From the NCBI GenBank assembly GCA_038209745.1, contig JBBQXJ010000027.1, forward strand, positions 1-53,892: a stretch of 53,892 bases of DNA. Direction: 5' to 3'. Origin of the DNA: Verrucomicrobiota bacterium. GTDB taxonomy: Bacteria; Verrucomicrobiota; Verrucomicrobiia; Limisphaerales; CANJSG01. How positions within the stretch are numbered: position 1 is the first letter of the stretch; the number at the start of each line of letters is the position of its first letter. The notes beneath the pieces are model-generated. The model made no database searches, was not told the DNA's origin, and was given only the letters and a program-made list of their open reading frames with translations. Both the position numbers and the translations under genes were made by a program. Positions 46,915 to 53,892 of this stretch are shown here, piece after piece.

Positions 46915-47880
46915 ATGCGCCAATTTCTGACCATCGCAGTCAATGCGTTCATGGAGCTCGTCCGGCAGCCGGTCTTCCTGCTGCTGATGACCGCCTCCAC
47001 GATCTTCTGCGTATTCCTGTCCTGCGTGAACTACTTCGGGTTTGGCGATGAACCGAAGCTCGTCCGCAACAGCGTCCTCGCCGTCATGATGCTTTCCGGC
47101 CTTTTCGGAGCCGTGCTGAGCGCCTCGGCCTCGGTCGCGCGCGAAATCCGGACCGGCACCGCGCTGGCTGTCTTGTCGAAGCCCGTGGGCCGCGCCCAGT
47201 TCCTGATCGCCAAGTTCGCCGGTCTGGCCGCCGTGCTGGCGCTGATCACCTTCATCAATCTTCTCGGGTGTCTGGCCGCCTCCAAGATGGCGTTCGATGC
47301 CTATGGATCGGTCGACTACGCCTCGCTCACGATCTTCGTCAGTGCGGTGGTCGCGGCGTATGCCGTGGGCGGATTCAGCAACTTTTTCCTCCGGCGCAAC
47401 TTCGTCTCGGACGCCACGTTTGCGCTGGTGGTGCTGCTGACGCTGGCGTTCGTGGTGATCTGGGCGATGGAACGGGAGACGCGGATGTTCGTCGGGAAGC
47501 CGGAGGTGAACTGGCAGATGGTGCCGTGCGCGGTCCTCATTCTTTTCGCCCTCTGGATCCTCGCCGCTTTGGCGCTGGCCCTCTCGACGCGGCTCGACGT
47601 CATTCCCACGCTGGCTTTATGCAGCGGGTTGTTCCTGCTCGGGCTGATGTCCGACTACCTCTTTGGCCGACCGGCGGAGGAGGGTTCGATCTGGGCCCAA
47701 GTGCTCTACGCCGTGACGCCGAACTGGCAACTGTTCTGGGCGGTGGACGCCTTGGACACGAGCAAGGCCAAGATCATCCCGTGGGCCTACGTGGGGAAAG
47801 CCTTTGGCTACGTCGCCGCCTATGCGGGCGCGGCGTTGGCTCTGGCGATGATGATGTTTGAAGACCGTGAACTGAGCTGA
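46915..47880 (+). CDS. ABC-2-type permease-like membrane protein
   Basis: IA.NAF.E..RQP, EIRTGT...LSKPV.R.QF...KF.G, about 8 TMs, C-terminal F..REL. Confidence 0.85.
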   Translation: MRQFLTIAVNAFMELVRQPVFLLLMTASTIFCVFLSCVNYFGFGDEPKLVRNSVLAVMMLSGLFGAVLSASASVAREIRTGTALAVLSKPVGRAQFLIAKFAGLAAVLALITFINLLGCLAASKMAFDAYGSVDYASLTIFVSAVVAAYAVGGFSNFFLRRNFVSDATFALVVLLTLAFVVIWAMERETRMFVGKPEVNWQMVPCAVLILFALWILAALALALSTRLDVIPTLALCSGLFLLGLMSDYLFGRPAEEGSIWAQVLYAVTPNWQLFWAVDALDTSKAKIIPWAYVGKAFGYVAAYAGAALALAMMMFEDRELS

Positions 47881-47881
47881 C

Positions 47882-49774
47882 ATGGAACGAAACCATTTGA
47901 AAATAGGACTGGTGAACTGGTTGGCGCTGCTGGCCGGCGCGGTCGTGTGCCTCGCCATCGCCCGTTACGTGAAGTCGGCCGCCGGCATGGTGGCCACGGT
48001 CCCTCTCTTGATCGGAACCCTGGTGGCGCTGGTGAGCTGGTTCCAGATGCGGCTGGAGGAACGCGAACGGCTGGAACGTCTGGAGTTCGACGAATTGAAC
48101 AAGGAGAAGGGTTCCAGCGCGCTGTTCAACACCGACGAGGCCGACACCTTCGCCGCCCGCCAGTCTCGCGAATCGTTCGAGAAGTATTTTGTCCGTGGAT
48201 TCACCCTGCTGCTCTTGCTCGGCGAGATCGCCGCCGTGGTCGTGCTTTGGCGCTGGTTGGGCTCGGATCCGGCCCAGATCGTCGCGGAGAAGGCCGGAGT
48301 CGGCATGGCGGTGATGGGCATGATCGCCCTCCTGTTCTTCCTGCTCGGCAAATACGCGACCGGGATCTCCCGCTTGAAGGACGAGCGTCTGGTCGGTCCC
48401 GGCGGCGCCTATCTCCTTTTGGGATCCGTGGTCGCCGTGGCGGTGATCGCCGGCGCGTTGGCGCCGGTCATGGGCGGGTATCCGCAGTGGGACCGCTACA
48501 TCGCGCGGGGCTTGGTCGTGGTTATCGGGCTGATCGGCTTGGAGACGTTCATCACGTTGGTGGCGGAGATCTATCGCCCCCGGGTCCGGGGCAAGGCCGC
48601 GCGGTTGATCTATGACAGCCGGTTTGTCGGGATTGTCGGACAGCCGGATTCGCTCTTCCGGACGGCCGGCCAGGCGTTGGACTACCAGTTCGGTTTCAAG
48701 GTGTCCGACACGGAGTTCTTCCAGTTCCTGAAGCGCTATTTTCCCGCGTTGTTGTTGGTCCAGGTTGTCATTCTCTTCGCCTCCACTTGTGTCGTCTTCC
48801 TACAGCCGGGCGAAGAGGGATTGTTGGAGCGTTTCGGCAAACGAGCCGCTTCGGCCGGAGTGCTCGAGCCCGGAGCCCACTTCAAGCTGCCTTGGCCCAT
48901 CGATTCGGTGCGGCGCTTCAACACGAAGGAGGTCCACAGCCTGCACGTTGGGTTCGTGCCGGCCGACGACGAAGGCAATGCGCCGATCCTTTGGAACGTG
49001 GCCCACTACAAGGAGGAGTTCAATCTGCTGGTCGCGAGCCGGGAACAGGTGGCGACCAACTCCACCGGCGGTGTCGCCGTGCCGGTCAGCCTCATCACGG
49101 TCAGCATTCCCGTGCAGTTCCAGATCCGGAACGTCGCCGACTGGGCCTACAACTACGTCGATCCGGCGAGCGTGCTGGAGAAGATCGCGACCCGCGAGGT
49201 GGTCCACAACCTCGTCTCCGCCGACCTGAACGAGGTCATGTCCACCGGTCGCGAACAGGCCGCGCGCGAACTCAAGACCCGGATCCAGGCGGTCGCGGAC
49301 GAATTGAACCTCGGCGTCGACATCGTCTTCGTGGGCCTCCAGGACATCCATCCGCCGACCAAAGTGGCCGCAGCCTACCAGGCCGTGATGGGCGCCAAGC
49401 AGACGGTCGAAGCCATGCGGTTCGCCGCCGAAGGCTATGCGGCCCGGACCGTCCCGCTGGCCCAGGCGGAGGGGCAGAAGCGGATCAACGAATCCGAGGC
49501 CTACGCCTTCGAGCGGATCGCCGGGGCCCAGGCCATCGCGGCGCGGTTCACGAACCAGATCACGGCCTTCGCCGCTTCGCCCAACGTCTATCCGACCCGG
49601 GAATACCTGCGGATCTTCGCCGCCGCCACGGCCGGAGCCCGCAAGATCATCGTGGCCACGACCAACAGCCACGAGATCGTCCAGCTGAACCTCGAAGAGC
49701 GCCTGCGCAGCGACCTTGGAGATGTCTACGTCGCGCCCACCACCCGCGAACAGAACGCGGCCCCGAAGAAGTAG
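47882..49774 (+). CDS. HflK-like SPFH protein with a large multi-TM N-terminal domain
   Basis: About 7 TMs in the first 300 aa, then GLLERFGK, PG.HFKLPWPID, LQDIHPP..VAAAY and an AEG/A.AE coiled coil. Confidence 0.88.
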   Translation: MERNHLKIGLVNWLALLAGAVVCLAIARYVKSAAGMVATVPLLIGTLVALVSWFQMRLEERERLERLEFDELNKEKGSSALFNTDEADTFAARQSRESFEKYFVRGFTLLLLLGEIAAVVVLWRWLGSDPAQIVAEKAGVGMAVMGMIALLFFLLGKYATGISRLKDERLVGPGGAYLLLGSVVAVAVIAGALAPVMGGYPQWDRYIARGLVVVIGLIGLETFITLVAEIYRPRVRGKAARLIYDSRFVGIVGQPDSLFRTAGQALDYQFGFKVSDTEFFQFLKRYFPALLLVQVVILFASTCVVFLQPGEEGLLERFGKRAASAGVLEPGAHFKLPWPIDSVRRFNTKEVHSLHVGFVPADDEGNAPILWNVAHYKEEFNLLVASREQVATNSTGGVAVPVSLITVSIPVQFQIRNVADWAYNYVDPASVLEKIATREVVHNLVSADLNEVMSTGREQAARELKTRIQAVADELNLGVDIVFVGLQDIHPPTKVAAAYQAVMGAKQTVEAMRFAAEGYAARTVPLAQAEGQKRINESEAYAFERIAGAQAIAARFTNQITAFAASPNVYPTREYLRIFAAATAGARKIIVATTNSHEIVQLNLEERLRSDLGDVYVAPTTREQNAAPKK

Positions 49775-49792
49775 TTTCCCATTTTTACCGAC

Positions 49793-50701
49793 ATGAAGAA
49801 GTCCTCCCTCTCATTGGTCGCCGGCCTGGTGCTGGCCTTGATCTTCGGTCTCCGGATGATCTGCTTCCAGGTCCGCGTGACCGAGGTCGCGCTCCTGACG
49901 ACCTTCGGCAAGCCCACCGCGCCCTACACCGAGCCCGGTTTGAAGTTCAAGCTGCCCTGGCCCATCCAGGACGTGCTGAAGTTCGACAAGCGGGTGCAGA
50001 ACTTCGAGGGCCGCTTCGAGGAGACTCCCACTCGCGACGGCTACAACCTCCTCGTCTCCGTCTATGCCGGATGGCGGATCGTCGAGCCCGCCAAGTTCCG
50101 TGAAGCCTTCGTAGACGGCTCCATGAGCCGCGCGCAATCCACGCTGGAAGAGCGGTTCCGGAGCGCCAAGAACGCCGTCGTGGGCCAGCACCCGTTCTCC
50201 GACTTCGTCTCCACCGATCCGCAGCAGCTGAAGTTCGCCCAGATCGAGACCGAGATCCTGGAGTTCGTCCGCAAGGACATCCAGGAACGCTACGGCATGG
50301 AGATCGCCTTCCTCGGCATCAATCGCCTCGGCCTGCCCGAGAGCGTCACGCAGAAGGTCTTCGACCGCATGACCGAGGAACGCCAGCGCGTCACCCAGAA
50401 GCTGCAGGCCGACGGCGAACGCGAGTCGATCAACATCCGGTCCGCCGCTGATCGTGACCGTTCGCGCATCCTGGCCGACGCCGAGGCGAAAGCGACCGAG
50501 GTTCGTGGCGCGGCCGATGCCGAGGCCGCCCAATACTACGCCAGCTTCGAGAAGAACCCCGAGCTGGCCATCCTGCTCCAGAAGCTCGCCGCGCTGGAGG
50601 CTTCGTTGAAGGACCGGGCCACTCTCGTGATGGATCCGAACACCCCGCCGTTCGACCTGCTGGACCCGAAGAACAAGATTGGCGGCTCCACCCGGAAGTG
50701 A
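49793..50701 (+). CDS. HflC-like SPFH protein
   Basis: Single TM, PGLKFKLPWPIQ, DKR, WRI..P..F, LP...VFDRM..ER, G.ADAEAA..YA. Confidence 0.9.
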   Translation: MKKSSLSLVAGLVLALIFGLRMICFQVRVTEVALLTTFGKPTAPYTEPGLKFKLPWPIQDVLKFDKRVQNFEGRFEETPTRDGYNLLVSVYAGWRIVEPAKFREAFVDGSMSRAQSTLEERFRSAKNAVVGQHPFSDFVSTDPQQLKFAQIETEILEFVRKDIQERYGMEIAFLGINRLGLPESVTQKVFDRMTEERQRVTQKLQADGERESINIRSAADRDRSRILADAEAKATEVRGAADAEAAQYYASFEKNPELAILLQKLAALEASLKDRATLVMDPNTPPFDLLDPKNKIGGSTRK

Positions 50702-50704
50702 TCC

Positions 50705-51907
50705 ATGAGCGATTCCCAACATCCTCACGACGACCATGGCCACGAGCACGGGCATGATCACGACCACGACGAACCTGATCATGGCGTGAAAGAGGGCGAG
50801 ATCGTCCTGAAGAAGCCCGCGTCCGGGAAGCCCGTGCCGGAACCCGTCGCACATCAGGTGGAGGACGCCGGCACCCGCGCCTTGGCCGATGCGCTGAAGA
50901 GCAGCTTCGCCATCGTGCGCTGGTTGATGATGGGGCTCGTCGGGTTGTTCATCTTTTCCGGCGTGTTCACCGTCGGTCCCCAGGAGCGCGCCATCATCCT
51001 CCGCTTCGGCAAGCCCCGCGGAGCGGCCGACCAGCAGCTGCTCGGTCCCGGCCTCCACTTCGCCCTTCCCCGGCCCATCGACGAGGTGGTGAAGATCCCC
51101 GCCACCCAGACCTACCTTGTCCGCTCCACCATTGGCTTCTACAACTGGCCCCCGGAAATGGAGGCGGCCCGGGAGAAACCGGCTCCGGCGCCCTCCCTCA
51201 ACCCGATGATCGACGGCTACGTCCTCTCGGGTGACGCGAACATCATGCACGTCCGCGCCACGGTCCGGTACACCCTGGAGAAGCCGGTCGACTACGTGTT
51301 CCAGTTCGTCTCCGCCAGCAACACGGTCCAGCACGCTCTGGACAGCGCCGTGGTCTACGCCTCAGCGCAGTTCCCGGTGGACGACGCCCTGCGCCTGAAC
51401 CAGGCCGGCTATCGCGAACGCATCACCGCCCGGCTGAACCAGCTCGTCGCGGCCGACGCGCTCGGCATCAGGATCGATCCCGTCGACGTTCTCGTGGAGC
51501 CGCCGCTCGTGGTGAAGCCGGCCTTCGACGCCGCCCTCGCCGCCGAAGCCGAACGCAGCAAGGCGGTCAACGGTGCCCATGGCTACGCGAACGCTCTCCT
51601 GAGCAAGGCGGAGGGCGAAGCCAAGGCCGTCGTCAACCAGGGCGAGGCCGACCGTTCGAAGATCGTGAAGATGGCCAGTTCCGAGGCGAAGTATTTCCAG
51701 GACCGGCTGCCGGAGTTCGAGCGGAACCCGGAACTCTTCCGGGAGCGTCTCCTCACCGAGTCCATGAGCCGCATCCTGACCAACGCCCAGGACAAGTTCT
51801 TCCTGCCCGCCTCCGTCGGTGGCGCGTCGCGCGAACTTCGCATACTCTTGAACCGCGAGCCGTCGAAGCCGCCCCAGCCGGTTTCCGCCGATCCCGGTGC
51901 GCGATAA
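50705..51907 (+). CDS. HflK-like SPFH protein with a His/Asp-rich N-terminus
   Basis: 9 His in the first 27 aa, single TM, LRFGK, PGLHFALPRPIDEV, GDANI, PP..V..AF, AEGEA, P.L.RERL. Confidence 0.9.
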   Translation: MSDSQHPHDDHGHEHGHDHDHDEPDHGVKEGEIVLKKPASGKPVPEPVAHQVEDAGTRALADALKSSFAIVRWLMMGLVGLFIFSGVFTVGPQERAIILRFGKPRGAADQQLLGPGLHFALPRPIDEVVKIPATQTYLVRSTIGFYNWPPEMEAAREKPAPAPSLNPMIDGYVLSGDANIMHVRATVRYTLEKPVDYVFQFVSASNTVQHALDSAVVYASAQFPVDDALRLNQAGYRERITARLNQLVAADALGIRIDPVDVLVEPPLVVKPAFDAALAAEAERSKAVNGAHGYANALLSKAEGEAKAVVNQGEADRSKIVKMASSEAKYFQDRLPEFERNPELFRERLLTESMSRILTNAQDKFFLPASVGGASRELRILLNREPSKPPQPVSADPGAR

Positions 51908-51925
51908 CCACACCTCTCCGCAGCC

Positions 51926-53892
51926 ATGAACGTTTCCACCAAGGCCATCACGAAAGCCGATCACGGTCACCACGACCATGATCACGACCATCATCATGAG
52001 CACGACGATGATTGCGGCTGCGGCCACGACCATTCCCATTCCGAGATCCATCTTGGCCGGACCATTCTCGGCTTGATCCTCGTCCTGAACGCCTACGTGG
52101 TCGGGTTCGTGTTTCCGGAGGCCAAGCTCGTGGGCGGCTACAGCGCCATGATCGGCGCGGCCATTCTCGGCTATCCGATCGTCCTCAGCGCATTTCAGGA
52201 TCTCCGGCGCAGCACCCTCAGCACGAACACGCTCGTGGCCCTCGCGGTCGTCGCATCCTTCGCCAGTGGCAACTACGAGGAAGCTGGATTCGTCGCGTTC
52301 TTCATGCTGCTCGGCGAAATCATCGAGACCCGCACCGCCGATGGAGCCCGCCAGTCGATCGAGTCCCTCATCAAGCTCACTCCCACCAAGGCCCGCCGCG
52401 TCACCGCCAAGGGCGAAGAGGAAGTGGCCACCAAGGACCTCGTGGTCGGCGATGTCATCCGTGTCCGCCCCGGCGACAACGTCGCGGCGGACGGCGCGAT
52501 CACCAGCGGCCAGGGATCCTTCAACCAGGCGAACATCACCGGTGAATCGCTCCCCGTGGACAAGAAACCCGGCGACGAAGTCTTCGCCGGCACGATCAAT
52601 CTCACCGGAGTGCTGGAGATCAAAGTCAGCCGCGCCGGCCGGGATACCACGCTCGGGCGGGTGCGCGACCTGATCCTCGCCGCCGAGAAGACCAAGCTCC
52701 CCATCATGCGGATCATCGACCAGTACATGGTCTATTACACCCCGCTGGTGTTGTTGATCGGAGCGCTTGTCTGGGCCTTCACCTATGATCTGGAGCGGGT
52801 CATCTCCGTCTTCATTGTGGCCTGTCCGTGCGCCTTCGTGCTCGCCACGCCCACCGCGATGGTCGCGGCGCTCTCCGCCGCCGCCCGCCTGGGCATCCTG
52901 ATCAAGAACGTCGCGGACATCGAGCTGGCCGCCCGCATCAACGCCTTCGTCTTCGACAAGACCGGCACGCTGACCACCGGAAAGCTGGCCGTCAGTCGCT
53001 TGGCGCCGTTGAACGGGGTCACTCCCGCCGAACTCCTCCGCGTCGCGGGCTCCGCCGAGAAATACAGCAACCATCCCACGGCCAAAGCATTGGCCAATCT
53101 ATCCGCCGAAGCCGGCGTCACGCTGGCCGAGCCCCAGGACTTTACCGAGACCGCCGGTCGTGGCATCCAGGCCAAGGTGGACGGAGTCGTCGTCACCGTC
53201 GGACGGGCCCAATGGCTGAAGGACAACGGGGTGACCGAGGACTTCATGCAGTCGGTCGATCTCAACGAGACCGAGGGCTACAGCCTCGTCTTTGTCGCGC
53301 GCAACGGACAGTGCATCGGTTGGGTCGGCCTGCAGGACCAGACCCGCGCCGAGGCCCGCGAATCATTGGCCGCACTGAAGGATGTCGGCGTCCGCCGCAT
53401 CGCCATGGTCAGCGGCGATCGTCAACCCGTAGCCACCCGCGTGGCCGCCGAGATCGGTTGCGAAGAGGTCGTCGGCGACTGTCTCCCGGAGAACAAGGTC
53501 GAGTTCGTCCGCGCCATGAAGGCCAAGGGCTACCGCGTGGCGGTGGTCGGCGACGGCGTCAACGACGCCCCCGCGCTTGCCGCCGGCGATCTCGGTATCG
53601 CGATGGGCGCCGCCGGATCCGAAGTCGCCATCCACAGCGCCACCATCGCGCTGATGAACAACGATCTTCGCCGTCTTCCCTTCCTCGTGAAGCTTTCGCG
53701 CCAGACCCGCGGGGTCATCAACCAGAACTTTCTCATCGGCATCGTCTTCGTCATCGGGGGTCTGGTGCTGGCGGCCCTCGCCTACATCAATCCCATCGTG
53801 GCCGCTTTGATCCACGTCGTCGGTTCACTGGTGGTGGTCTTCAACAGCTTCCGCCTCGTCCGCGCCGGCGAGGAACTCGAGCCCTATCATCC
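51926..53892 (+). CDS. P1B-type heavy-metal-translocating ATPase (3' end beyond window)
   Basis: Manual translation from MNVSTK stays in frame to the window end: His-rich leader with CGC, TGES, ACPC, DKTGTLT, HP, SGD, GDGVNDAPAL. Confidence 0.95.
   Translation, partial: MNVSTKAITKADHGHHDHDHDHHHEHDDDCGCGHDHSHSEIHLGRTILGLILVLNAYVVGFVFPEAKLVGGYSAMIGAAILGYPIVLSAFQDLRRSTLSTNTLVALAVVASFASGNYEEAGFVAFFMLLGEIIETRTADGARQSIESLIKLTPTKARRVTAKGEEEVATKDLVVGDVIRVRPGDNVAADGAITSGQGSFNQANITGESLPVDKKPGDEVFAGTINLTGVLEIKVSRAGRDTTLGRVRDLILAAEKTKLPIMRIIDQYMVYYTPLVLLIGALVWAFTYDLERVISVFIVACPCAFVLATPTAMVAALSAAARLGILIKNVADIELAARINAFVFDKTGTLTTGKLAVSRLAPLNGVTPAELLRVAGSAEKYSNHPTAKALANLSAEAGVTLAEPQDFTETAGRGIQAKVDGVVVTVGRAQWLKDNGVTEDFMQSVDLNETEGYSLVFVARNGQCIGWVGLQDQTRAEARESLAALKDVGVRRIAMVSGDRQPVATRVAAEIGCEEVVGDCLPENKVEFVRAMKAKGYRVAVVGDGVNDAPALAAGDLGIAMGAAGSEVAIHSATIALMNNDLRRLPFLVKLSRQTRGVINQNFLIGIVFVIGGLVLAALAYINPIVAALIHVVGSLVVVFNSFRLVRAGEELEPYH

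Overview
High-GC bacterial chromosome segment, most consistent with Verrucomicrobiota (Pedosphaerales/Limisphaerales-like; inferred from gene style and repeat families, not from a search). Left to right: the end of an ISL3-like IS inserted into an AbiTii-like gene; M20 peptidase; a PQQ/GSDH dehydrogenase; a decaying sugar locus (AraC and Gfo/Idh/MocA remnants next to an intact GH88); a small-protein/nucleotidyltransferase pair; class III aminotransferase; queE; an ECF sigma/anti-sigma operon; glutamate dehydrogenase; FGE, sugar porter and OprB; a PaaK-like ligase; glnD; a PepSY/unknown/YncE/TolC/MFP/CusA-CzcA RND cluster with a two-component system; a ParE-type TA pair; a flavoprotein; a second GSDH; lepB; priA; a lower-GC Wzc/Wza export module; purH. 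The window ends in the best candidate for an under-described system: a tight operon of an ABC-2-type permease, three SPFH proteins (multi-TM HflK-like, HflC-like, His-rich HflK-like) and a His-rich P1B ATPase with atypical metal ligands. That ATPase is absent from the ORF track because it runs off the window. Several palindromic/heptamer repeats are present, some inserted in frame in genes, plus a probable IS5-family MITE. No rRNA, tRNA or CRISPR array was seen. All family calls come from motif recognition, not database searches.
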